Positions 46,322-54,250 of a DNA stretch of 64,000 nt are shown in pieces. A model generated the notes under the pieces. It saw nothing but the letters and a program-made list of their open reading frames with translations, had not been told where the DNA came from and did no database searches. The stretch is taken from NCBI GenBank assembly GCA_910588005.1, contig CAJUQM010000001.1:6158-70157 (forward strand), read 5' to 3'. Origin of the DNA: an uncultured Oscillibacter sp. GTDB taxonomy: Bacteria > Bacillota > Clostridia > Oscillospirales > Oscillospiraceae. Position 1 is the first letter of the stretch. Each line of letters opens with the position of its first letter. The position numbers were made by a program, and so were the translations under genes.

Positions 46322-46348
46322 ACTAGTCGTGTCATTGCGAGGTAACTT

Positions 46349-46846
46349 ATGCTCTTAGATGTAAAACCAATTCTGCATACGCCGGGAAAACAGTTGGATT
46401 TTCAGTTCCAGATGGATCTCTCTGACATGGAATTTGCGGACCAGCACCCGGTTTCCCATCCTGTCGCTGTCTCTGGGACCGTCCGGAACTCCGCGGACGT
46501 GCTGGGTCTGGACCTGACGGTTCAAACTACGTTGGACAGTGTATGCGACCGCTGCGGCAAGGTCTTTTCCCGGGAAAAGACGGTTTTTTACCGCTGTATG
46601 CTTGCCGAATCCCTGGAAAACGGAGAAAACGACGAGATCGAGTTGCTGGAAAACGGCAAGATAGATCTGGATGATTTGGCCCGCACGGTGTTCATTTTAG
46701 AGATGGACACCAAAACGCTGTGTTCTGAAGATTGTAAAGGACTGTGTCCCCGCTGCGGCGCCGACCTGAACCTCGGCCCCTGCTCCTGCAAAAAGGAGAT
46801 TGATCCGCGGCTGGCGGTCCTTGCCAAGCTTTTGGAGAACAAATAG
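46349..46846 (+). CDS. yceD: YceD/DUF177-family protein (large-subunit rRNA accumulation)
   Basis: 165 aa. CDRCG...CSEDCKGLCPRCGADLN cysteine pairs. Sits immediately upstream of rpmF, as is typical. Confidence 0.85.
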   Translation: MLLDVKPILHTPGKQLDFQFQMDLSDMEFADQHPVSHPVAVSGTVRNSADVLGLDLTVQTTLDSVCDRCGKVFSREKTVFYRCMLAESLENGENDEIELLENGKIDLDDLARTVFILEMDTKTLCSEDCKGLCPRCGADLNLGPCSCKKEIDPRLAVLAKLLENK

Positions 46847-46904
46847 AGAAATGAGATAAGGACAGGCTTGCCCTGCGCCTTTGAACGATCAAGGAGGTGT
46901 CACA

Positions 46905-47099
46905 ATGGCAGTACCCAAGAGAAAAGTATCCAAAGCAAGACGCGACAAGCGCCGCAGCTCCACCTGGAAGCTGGCGTCTCCCGCTCTCGTCGTTTGCCCG
47001 AAATGCGGTGCGCAGCACCTGCCTCACAGAATGTGTCAGGAGTGCGGTACGTACAATGGCCGCGAGGTCAAAGTCGTCAAGTCCGTTGTCGCGAAATAA
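46905..47099 (+). CDS. rpmF: 50S ribosomal protein L32
   Basis: MAVPKRKVSKARRDKRRS...CPKCG...CQECG. AAGGAGG RBS. Confidence 0.95.
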   Translation: MAVPKRKVSKARRDKRRSSTWKLASPALVVCPKCGAQHLPHRMCQECGTYNGREVKVVKSVVAK

Positions 47100-47119
47100 G
47101 GGATTTTGTATGCTTGCTT

Positions 47120-47154
47120 AGGAGGGAAGATGTTTCTTCCCTCCTTGCTTTTTG
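47120..47154 (+). terminator. rho-independent terminator of rpmF
   Basis: AGGAGGGAAGA-tgtt-TCTTCCCTCCT, followed by TGCTTTTTG. Confidence 0.75.
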
Positions 47155-47232
47155 TCTTGCTATCCTGTCTTTCGGCGGGTATAATACCTATATAAAATCA
47201 TCTTTTTACAGATAGAAAGGAAGTGAGGGCCT

Positions 47233-48558
47233 ATGAAACCCATTGTCGCAATCGTGGGGCGGCCCAATGTGGGCAAGTCTCAGCTGTTCAACAAACTGAT
47301 CGGCCGGCGTGTCTCGATTGTGGAGGATACTCCCGGCGTCACCCGGGACCGCATCTATGGAGAGACCGACTGGAACGGGCGGCAGTTCACCCTCATCGAT
47401 ACCGGCGGCATTGAACCCCGCACCGATAACTTGATCCTGGAGTTTATGCGGGACCAGGCCCAAACCGCCATTGAGACCGCCACAGTCATCATTTTTTTGA
47501 CGGATATCCGCACAGGTCTCACCGCCTCTGACCATGAAGTGGCAAATATGCTGCTGCGCAGCGGCAAACCCATCGTACTTGCGGTAAACAAAATAGACTC
47601 CACCGGTGCGCCGGACCCAGACTTTTATGAATTTTACAATCTGGGACTGGGGGACCCGATTGCCGTTTCCGCCGTCCACGGCCATGGAACCGGTGACCTT
47701 TTAGATGCCTGTGTAGCCTATTTCCCCCCCGAGACGGAGGAGGCGGAGGAGGACGACGCCATCCACGTGGCGGTCATCGGCAAGCCCAACGCGGGCAAAT
47801 CCTCCCTGGTAAATAAGATCTTAGGTGAGGAGCGGGTCATTGTCTCCGATGTGGCCGGCACCACCAGGGACGCCATCGACTCCCGGTTTGAAAACGGCAA
47901 TGGCTGCTTCGTCTTTATCGACACTGCCGGCATCCGGCGGCGCTCCAAAGTCTCAGAGGATATTGAAAAGTACAGCGTCCTCCGGGCCACTATGGCCATC
48001 GAACGGGCAGACGTATGTCTGATCCTTATCGACGCCACCGAAGGCGTCACGGAACAGGACACGAAGGTGGCGGGTCTGGCCCATGAGGCCGGAAAGGCCA
48101 GTATCATCGTGGTGAACAAGTGGGACTTGATTGAAAAGGACGGCAAGACCATGGACCGCATGCGTGAGGAGGTCCGGCAGGGTCTCAGCTTTATGCCCTA
48201 CGCCCCGATCCTCTTTATCTCCGCCAAGACCGGGCAGCGGGTAGAGCGTCTGTTCGAGCTGATCGACTATGTCTCCAACCAGGCTTCCACCCGGATCACC
48301 ACGGGAATGCTGAACAACGTCCTGGCGGACGCCCAGACCCGGGTCCAGCCCCCCACCGACAAGGGCCGCCGGCTAAAGATCTACTATATGACGCAAGTGG
48401 GTGTGAAGCCCCCCCATTTCGTCATCTTCTGCAACGACACCCGTTTATTCCACTTCTCATACCAGCGGTATATTGAAAACTGCATTCGCAGCACCTTTGG
48501 TTTGGAGGGAACGCCTGTCATTCTCTCCGTCCGGCAGCGGGGCGAAAAGGAGGAGTGA
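47233..48558 (+). CDS. der: ribosome biogenesis GTPase Der (EngA)
   Basis: 441 aa. Two GTPase domains (GRPNVGKS and GKPNAGKS) plus a KH-like C-terminus. Confidence 0.95.
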   Translation: MKPIVAIVGRPNVGKSQLFNKLIGRRVSIVEDTPGVTRDRIYGETDWNGRQFTLIDTGGIEPRTDNLILEFMRDQAQTAIETATVIIFLTDIRTGLTASDHEVANMLLRSGKPIVLAVNKIDSTGAPDPDFYEFYNLGLGDPIAVSAVHGHGTGDLLDACVAYFPPETEEAEEDDAIHVAVIGKPNAGKSSLVNKILGEERVIVSDVAGTTRDAIDSRFENGNGCFVFIDTAGIRRRSKVSEDIEKYSVLRATMAIERADVCLILIDATEGVTEQDTKVAGLAHEAGKASIIVVNKWDLIEKDGKTMDRMREEVRQGLSFMPYAPILFISAKTGQRVERLFELIDYVSNQASTRITTGMLNNVLADAQTRVQPPTDKGRRLKIYYMTQVGVKPPHFVIFCNDTRLFHFSYQRYIENCIRSTFGLEGTPVILSVRQRGEKEE

Positions 48559-48562
48559 GCGT

Positions 48563-49246
48563 ATGGAAAACTGGTGGCTTTTAATCCTGCTGGTGTACGG
48601 CGGTCCAGCGCTGTGTGCTTACCTGCTGGGCTGCTTCAACGGCGCCGTCATTGTCTCCAAGTATATTCTGCGGGACGATGTACGCCGCCACGGCAGCGGC
48701 AACGCTGGGCTCACCAACTTCTACCGCACCTTCGGCGGTCCACTGACGACGGTGGTAATCCTAACAGATGTTCTAAAGGCGGTTTTTGCCCTCTTGCTGG
48801 GGGCCTGGGCCTTTGGATGGCTTCCCGGAGGCTGTCTGGCACTGTTTGACCATCATGTAGACGGCGTGCTGTTCGGCAAATACTGGGCAGGCCTCTTCTG
48901 CCTCCTGGGTCACATGTTTCCCTGTATGTTTCATTTCAAGGGCGGCAAGGGCATCCTCTCCGGCGGCACCATCGCCATTATGATCGACTGGCGCATCGCC
49001 CTGGTGGTCTGGGGAGGTTTTTTACTCCTGACCATCCTCACCAGGTACGTCTCCCTGGGTTCCCTGTGGGCCGGCGCCAGCTTCCCCTTCGCCACCTGGG
49101 CGTGCTACCCGGACCCGGTGATTGTCATTCTGGGCTTCCTCTGCGGGGGGCTGGTGGTCTGGCAGCACCGGGCCAACATCAAACGGCTTCTCTCCGGCAC
49201 GGAGAATAAATTCAGCCTGCATCACAAAAAGGAGGGCGGCACATGA
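48563..49246 (+). CDS. plsY: glycerol-3-phosphate acyltransferase PlsY
   Basis: ORF 48473..49246, trimmed to MENWWLLILL (AAGGAGGAG RBS). GSGNAGLTN and FKGGKG motifs. Confidence 0.9.
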   Translation: MENWWLLILLVYGGPALCAYLLGCFNGAVIVSKYILRDDVRRHGSGNAGLTNFYRTFGGPLTTVVILTDVLKAVFALLLGAWAFGWLPGGCLALFDHHVDGVLFGKYWAGLFCLLGHMFPCMFHFKGGKGILSGGTIAIMIDWRIALVVWGGFLLLTILTRYVSLGSLWAGASFPFATWACYPDPVIVILGFLCGGLVVWQHRANIKRLLSGTENKFSLHHKKEGGT

Positions 49247-50247
49247 AAACCGTAGTGTTAGGCAGCGGCGGCTGGGGAACAGCTCTGGCGTTGGTCCTCT
49301 TCGACAACGGACACGACGTAACTCTCTGGTCACACACCCCGGAAAAGGCTATCCAAATGGCGGAAAGCCGGGAAAATCCCCTGCTGAAAGACGTTCATCT
49401 GCCGGAGGGCCTCCACATCACCGGCAGTCTGGACTGCCTCACCGGCGCGGACATGGTGGTCAGCGCCGCCCCCTCCTTCGCTGTTCGAACCACCGGGGAA
49501 AAAATTCTGCCCTATCTACGGACCGATACGGTTTTAGTTACCGTCTCAAAGGGCATTGAGCGGGAAACCGGACTCCGTATGAGCCAAATTCTTCAAGAGG
49601 CCACCGGCAATATCTGTAAAGTTGTGGCCCTTTCCGGTCCTTCCCACGCAGAGGAGGTGGGACGCAAGCTGCCCACTGGCTGTGTCTCCGCCTGTCCGGA
49701 CCGGGCTGCCGCCCGTTTCGTTCAGGACGCCTTTATGAACGACTACTTCCGAGTCTACACCAGCTATGATATCATCGGCGTGGAACTGGCGGCGGCGCTG
49801 AAAAACGTCATTGCCCTCTCCTGCGGAATCTGCACGGGCCTGGGACTCCAAGACAACACCAAAGCGCTTTTGATGACTCGGGCTATGGCGGAAATCACCC
49901 GTCTGGGCGAGCAGCTGGGCGGCACCCGGAGAACTTTTGGCGGCCTGGCCGGCATGGGAGATCTGATTGTCACCTGTACCTCCCTTCACTCCAGAAACTA
50001 CCGTGCGGGCATCCTCATCGGCCAGGGCAAAACCGTCCGGGAGGCCATGGAGGAGGTCGGCGCCGTGGTGGAGGGCTACTATGCCGCCGAGAGCGTGTAT
50101 CAGCTGGCGGAGAAGGAGCAGGTGGAAATGCCCATCTGCCGCTGCGCCTATGAGGTTCTCTACCACGGCAAACAGGCCCGGGAGGTAGTAGGCGAGTTGA
50201 TGGGCAGGGCCAAAAAGGATGAGCTGCTGGAGCGGACTTGGATGTAA
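49243..50247 (+). CDS. gpsA: NAD(P)H-dependent glycerol-3-phosphate dehydrogenase
   Basis: 334 aa. GSGGWGTALA and LKNVIAL motifs. ATGA overlap with plsY. Confidence 0.95.
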   Translation: MKTVVLGSGGWGTALALVLFDNGHDVTLWSHTPEKAIQMAESRENPLLKDVHLPEGLHITGSLDCLTGADMVVSAAPSFAVRTTGEKILPYLRTDTVLVTVSKGIERETGLRMSQILQEATGNICKVVALSGPSHAEEVGRKLPTGCVSACPDRAAARFVQDAFMNDYFRVYTSYDIIGVELAAALKNVIALSCGICTGLGLQDNTKALLMTRAMAEITRLGEQLGGTRRTFGGLAGMGDLIVTCTSLHSRNYRAGILIGQGKTVREAMEEVGAVVEGYYAAESVYQLAEKEQVEMPICRCAYEVLYHGKQAREVVGELMGRAKKDELLERTWM

Positions 50248-50256
50248 CTGACAAAA

Positions 50257-50292
50257 GCAGGAGAGCAGGGACTTCCCTGCTCTCCTGCTCTT
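50257..50292 (+). terminator. hairpin terminating gpsA
   Basis: GCAGGAGAGCAGGG-actt-CCCTGCTCTCCTGC (14-bp stem). Confidence 0.6.
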
Positions 50293-50296
50293 ATAA

Positions 50297-50331
50297 GAAA
50301 AAATCCCGGACAGATGTCCGGGATTTTGTTT
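50297..50331. terminator. bidirectional terminator (3' of rpmB)
   Basis: AAAAAA-ATCCCGGAC-agat-GTCCGGGAT-TTTGTTT. Confidence 0.7.
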
Positions 50332-50338
50332 GTACATG

Positions 50339-50527
50339 TCAAACCGCTCTGGTAACCTTACCGGAACGCATACACCGGGTACAAACATACACATGGCGGG
50401 GCGTACCATTGACGATGGCCTTCACACGCTTCACATTGGGCTTCCAGGGACGATTGGAACGCCGGTGAGAGTGAGAGACCTGAATGCCGAAAGTCACGCC
50501 CTTGTCGCAAAACTCGCACTTTGCCAT
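50339..50527 (-). CDS. rpmB: 50S ribosomal protein L28
   Basis: ORF 50339..50590, trimmed to MAKCEFCDKGVTFGIQVSHSHRRSNRPWKPNV (AAGGAGGTG RBS). Confidence 0.95.
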   Translation of the reverse strand: MAKCEFCDKGVTFGIQVSHSHRRSNRPWKPNVKRVKAIVNGTPRHVYVCTRCMRSGKVTRAV

Positions 50528-50561
50528 CCTTTGCACCTCCTTGCTATTGCGCACTTTTATT

Positions 50562-50590
50562 ATAATAACAGGAATATCTACAAAATGCAA
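50562..50590 (-). promoter_or_regulatory. sigma-A-type promoter of rpmB
   Basis: Minus strand reads TTGCAT-17 nt-TATTAT. Confidence 0.45.
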
Positions 50591-50632
50591 GAAAAATTTT
50601 CAGCAATTCCCCCTGCATCTCAAATATTGGAA

Positions 50633-50989
50633 TCAGGCAACCGCCTTCTTGGCAATCTCCGTCAGCTGAGTAAAGGCGGCGGCATCGCTGATGGCGATCT
50701 CGGAGAGCATCTTCCGGTTAATCTCAATACCGGCGGCCTTCAAGCCGTGCATAAAAGTGGAGTAATTCATTCCGTTGAGCTTGCAGGCGGCAGAGATCCG
50801 GGTGATCCACAGGGAGCGGAAATCCCGCTTTTTCAGGCGGCGGCCGGTATAGGCGTAAGTCAGGGACTTCATAACCGCCTGATTCGCCACCCGGAAATGC
50901 TTAGACTTGGAACCCCAGTATCCCTTGGCCATCTTCATGACCTTATTTCTTCTCTTGCGCGTCATCATCGCGCCTTTGATTCTAGCCAT
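50633..50989 (-). CDS. rplT: 50S ribosomal protein L20
   Basis: [26 protein letters not shown]... Confidence 0.97.
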   Translation of the reverse strand: MARIKGAMMTRKRRNKVMKMAKGYWGSKSKHFRVANQAVMKSLTYAYTGRRLKKRDFRSLWITRISAACKLNGMNYSTFMHGLKAAGIEINRKMLSEIAISDAAAFTQLTEIAKKAVA

Positions 50990-51016
50990 TGTAAAAAGCC
51001 TCCTATTCTATACAGC

Positions 51017-51214
51017 TTACTTGTAGGGGATCATCTTGCGCACGGCGTCCACATTGGTGGCGTCCGCATAACCGCCGGCCCGCAGACGGCGGGTGCGCTT
51101 GGTATCCTTCTTGGTCAGGATATGGCTCTTGAACGCTTTGGCGCGCTTCACCTTGCCGGTTTTGGTCAGGTTGAATCTCTTTTTAGCGCCGCTATGGGTC
51201 TTCAGCTTAGGCAT
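51017..51214 (-). CDS. rpmI: 50S ribosomal protein L35
   Basis: [14 protein letters not shown]... Confidence 0.97.
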   Translation of the reverse strand: MPKLKTHSGAKKRFNLTKTGKVKRAKAFKSHILTKKDTKRTRRLRAGGYADATNVDAVRKMIPYK

Positions 51215-51251
51215 AGTAAATTGCTCCTTCCGTTTGTTTGAAAATCCTTCG

Positions 51252-51770
51252 TTACTTGCCGCCCTTTGGAGAGAGGAAGATGGACATCATTCTGCCCTCC
51301 AGCTTGGGGGCCTTGTCCAGATTGGCTGTCTCGGCACATTGCTCGGCAAATCGCTCCAGCAGGTCGCGGCCAATACTGGTATGGGCCATCTCCCGGCCGC
51401 GGAATCGAACGGAAACTTTCACGCGATTGCCATCGGCGATGAACTTCTGCGCGTTTTTGAGCTTTGTGTTGAAATCACCAATGTCGATGCCCGGAGACAT
51501 CCGAATCTCTTTGATCTCAACCACATGCTGGTTCTTTCTGGCCTCTTTCTCCCGCTTGCTCTGTTCAAACCGGAACTTACCGTAGTTCATCAGCTTGCAC
51601 ACCGGCGGGGTAGCCTGCGGCGAGATCTTAACCAGGTCCAACCCCTGCTCGTCAGCAATCCGCAACGCCTCCGTGGAGGGCATAATGCCCAGCTGCTCAC
51701 CCTGGGAGCCGATCAGGCGGACTTCCCTATCATTGATGGCTTCATTCAGTTCATGCACTTGTTTACTAAT
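51252..51770 (-). CDS. infC: translation initiation factor IF-3, probable ATT start
   Basis: ORF 51252..51758 (GTG). Four codons upstream in frame is ATT (51770), 8 nt after GGAGGTG. This gives [21 protein letters not shown] and a length of about 172 aa. IF-3 genes classically use AUU. Confidence 0.9.
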   Translation of the reverse strand: MSKQVHELNEAINDREVRLIGSQGEQLGIMPSTEALRIADEQGLDLVKISPQATPPVCKLMNYGKFRFEQSKREKEARKNQHVVEIKEIRMSPGIDIGDFNTKLKNAQKFIADGNRVKVSVRFRGREMAHTSIGRDLLERFAEQCAETANLDKAPKLEGRMMSIFLSPKGGK

Positions 51771-51932
51771 GGCCGAAACACCTCCGTTCCAAAATCACAA
51801 AACGCGGATACCAAACCGGCACCCGCGCAACAACAAACTGCCCTGCGGCAGTCTGATTACAACGTTGTTGACCTCTTTGCCCATTTGGCTGGAGGTGAGG
51901 CGGATGCGTCGCCTTCTTTGTTTTGCCTAGTT
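51771..51932 (-). promoter_or_regulatory. L20-type ribosomal-protein leader with internal attenuator hairpin
   Basis: A 160-nt leader lies between the promoter and infC. It has the long stem CAACAAC...GTTGTTG, then GCGCGG-n15-CCGCG followed by TTTTGTGATTTT (plus-strand 51791-51828). The position and layout match L20-mediated attenuation in Firmicutes. Confidence 0.5.
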
Positions 51933-51961
51933 AGTATATCAGTGCTTCACCGGTTTGTCAA
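51933..51961 (-). promoter_or_regulatory. sigma-A promoter of infC-rpmI-rplT
   Basis: Minus strand reads TTGACA-17 nt-TATACT. Confidence 0.55.
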
Positions 51962-52089
51962 TAATCTTTTTTACCTAAAGTTGAATATTTTTCGGGCTTC
52001 TGGCAAAAATAACGCCTGTACGGGTGAAAGCGGCTCTCTCCGCTTTGATCCGCAACCGCATTGCAAGATCTGAAAGGAGGTGTCCCCTC

Positions 52090-52188
52090 ATGTCTCAGAA
52101 CAATCAGAATCAGGAACAGAACCGTCAGAACCAGCAGAATCAGCAGAACCAGGAGCAGAAGCGCAACCAGAAGGAAAACCGGAAGTAA
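52090..52188 (+). CDS. 32-aa Gln/Asn-rich hydrophilic microprotein (hypothetical)
   Basis: Own translation: MSQNNQNQEQNRQNQQNQQNQEQKRNQKENRK*. AAAGGAGGTG lies 8 nt upstream, and a strong terminator follows 13 nt after the stop. The ORF-track entries covering this site in other frames (52061..52333 plus strand, 51958..52311 minus strand with poly-Leu) look like shadows of the repeat. Confidence 0.45.
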   Translation: MSQNNQNQEQNRQNQQNQQNQEQKRNQKENRK

Positions 52189-52201
52189 GTCTTTCTCCTC
52201 G

Positions 52202-52236
52202 AAACGTGCGGCGGGAATTGCCCGCCGCACGTTTTT
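52202..52236 (+). terminator. rho-independent terminator of the Q/N-rich microgene
   Basis: AAACGTGCGGCGGG-aattg-CCCGCCGCACGTTT, followed by TT. Confidence 0.75.
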
Positions 52237-52420
52237 GATCCCCTCGGAAGGTCCGGCGCTTTTTAAGGGACGAAACTCTCTGCGTCCGGCCCTCCGGCGC
52301 CGTTCATACACGCGTATTCAAACGCTTTATTAAACCAACTGCCAGCAGTTCCGCAATCGCTCTGCGGCATGGGAAGTCCCTGGCTGCAAAAGCGCAGGCA
52401 GTTCCCTGGCAAATACCTGT

Positions 52421-53116
52421 CTATAGCACGCCAAATAAAATCAGTCCGACAGTGTTGATCCCAAAGTTGGCGAACATATGGACAAACCACGATGGATAAA
52501 TATTGTCGTTTAACTCGTTCAAATAATTAAAAATACATCCTCCGGCCGTCAGCCCCAACAGCAGCAAGCACAACGCGCCTATGCTGAACATTCCAACCAA
52601 CATACCGACGTGATATCCCGCAAATATCAACGAGCTGAATACATAGGCGAATTTTCTGGTTGTATACTTTTTTAGAGTAATAAAGCCATAGCCTCTAAAG
52701 AAGAATTCCTCTAAAAACGAATTCATCAGTGAAATATACAGCGATACATAGATGAACCTATTGGCCGTGATTCCCATTCCCTCTGTTAAGTTTGATGTAA
52801 CATTGGAAAAGTCTATAATTTTTCTCGTCGAAAAATAGCCCAGTATGATCACCGTATATATTGCAGCTCCAAGGAGCAGAGGCTTCAAAATCCCACTCTT
52901 TTTAAATATGAACAGTCTTTTGAAACCGTCGAAATCCTTTTTGTTCGCAGCAAAAAATATCACGGGAAAAACCAAAAAAAAGAGAATTTTAATCGGTATT
53001 TTGACAAAATAGTCCGGATGGACAACAGCGTCGGTCAGGTTGACCAGAAGGGAAAATATTAAAATTGATATCACAATATACGTGCTCTGCTTATTCATAA
53101 TTTCCATTTCTCCCAA
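52421..53116 (-). CDS. CPBP-family intramembrane glutamic endopeptidase (CAAX protease / Abi)
   Basis: 231 aa polytopic protein. The three CPBP motifs are LEEFFFRGY (EExxxR), FAGYH (FxxxH) and HMFANF (HxxxN). The gene is conspicuously AT-rich compared with its flanks. Confidence 0.8.
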   Translation of the reverse strand: MGEMEIMNKQSTYIVISILIFSLLVNLTDAVVHPDYFVKIPIKILFFLVFPVIFFAANKKDFDGFKRLFIFKKSGILKPLLLGAAIYTVIILGYFSTRKIIDFSNVTSNLTEGMGITANRFIYVSLYISLMNSFLEEFFFRGYGFITLKKYTTRKFAYVFSSLIFAGYHVGMLVGMFSIGALCLLLLGLTAGGCIFNYLNELNDNIYPSWFVHMFANFGINTVGLILFGVL

Positions 53117-53314
53117 CAGACAAGTTGACGTCCAGACCGAAGATTTCTCACCCTGATTCTATCATAGAATTTACCCCGGTTCAATCTCTCCTCATGAAAT
53201 CACCGAATTGTCAGCTGGCAGCGCCGTTTCGATAAAGAGTCCTCTCTTGTCTTTCTCCCACCGTTATGGTATCATGGGCACCGTGCCGAATTTCCGTGGA
53301 AAGGACGGGCCGCC

Positions 53315-54214
53315 ATGAAAAACCGTGAAAAACTCACCGGCAATCTCTTTGCCATCTTCACCATCGCCATATGGGGTTCCACCTTTATCGCCAGCAAAAA
53401 GCTGCTGGCTTTCTACACCCCCGCGCAGATTATGCTGACTAGATTTTTACTGGCCTACTGTGCCCTGTGGATTCTACGGCCGCGAAAGCTCCCTCTCGCA
53501 GGCAGGCAGGAGCTTGTCTTTCTGCTGCTGGGCCTGACGGGCTGCTCCATCTACTTCTATACAGAAAATACCGCCCTGACCTATACTCTGGCCGCCAACG
53601 TCAGTATTATTGTCGCCGCTGCGTCGGTCTTTACCGCCGTTATCGCCCACTTTTCCGGAGAGGAGAGATTCCGCAAAAATACGCTATGGGGATTCCTCAT
53701 TGCCTTCACCGGCGTGGTGCTGGTGGTCTGCAACGGTACCTTTGTCCTGAAATTAAGTCCCAGGGGGGACTTGCTGGCCCTGTGCGCCGCCGGCAGCTGG
53801 GCGGTATACTCTGTACTGCTGCGCCGGGCCAGCCGGGGCATGGACGCAGTTCTGGCTACCAGACGGACTCTGTTTTGGGGCGTTGTCACCTCTCTTCCCC
53901 TGGTGCTGCTGGAGGGCGTTCCCTATCCCGCCGCACCTCTGCTGACACCGGCAGGACTGGGAAATTTTCTCTTCCTGGGTCTTCTCGGCAGCGGGATCTG
54001 CGCCGTACTATGGAACCGTGCCTTTCATCTGCTCGGCGTGGTGTCCACCAATAATTTTATCTATCTCACCCCATTTATCACCATTGTAACGGCATGGCTC
54101 TTTCTCAAAGAACCCATCTCTCCCCTGGCCCTTCTGGGCGCGGCACTGATCACCGCCGGGGTAATCGCCGCACATCGGAAGCCGAAAGCGGAAAAAATGC
54201 TATCCCAACAATGA
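53315..54214 (+). CDS. DMT-superfamily transporter (two EamA domains)
   Basis: 299 aa with about 10 TM segments and the typical EamA repeat organisation. Confidence 0.85.
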   Translation: MKNREKLTGNLFAIFTIAIWGSTFIASKKLLAFYTPAQIMLTRFLLAYCALWILRPRKLPLAGRQELVFLLLGLTGCSIYFYTENTALTYTLAANVSIIVAAASVFTAVIAHFSGEERFRKNTLWGFLIAFTGVVLVVCNGTFVLKLSPRGDLLALCAAGSWAVYSVLLRRASRGMDAVLATRRTLFWGVVTSLPLVLLEGVPYPAAPLLTPAGLGNFLFLGLLGSGICAVLWNRAFHLLGVVSTNNFIYLTPFITIVTAWLFLKEPISPLALLGAALITAGVIAAHRKPKAEKMLSQQ

Positions 54215-54217
54215 GAC

Positions 54218-54245
54218 AGGGCGGCAGGCTGTAGCCTGCCGCCCT
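54218..54245. terminator. bidirectional hairpin between convergent genes
   Basis: AGGGCGGCAGGC-tgta-GCCTGCCGCCCT. Confidence 0.65.
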
Positions 54246-54250
54246 AATCG

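Noticed and set aside
52093-52160. CAGAAC/CAGAAT-type periodicity, considered as a microsatellite or phase-variable repeat.
   Set aside because: The units are imperfect and interrupted and the periodicity is codon-level (Gln-Asn). It is better explained as coding low complexity of the microprotein than as a slippage-prone tract.
51958-52311. 117-aa minus-strand ORF with a poly-Leu/Val/Ile core (LLPVFLLVALLLLVLLILLVLTVLFLILIVL), which could look like a membrane protein.
   Set aside because: The hydrophobic core is simply the antisense reading of the CAG/AAC-rich microgene. The ORF has no RBS, and it spans a plus-strand terminator and the infC promoter region.
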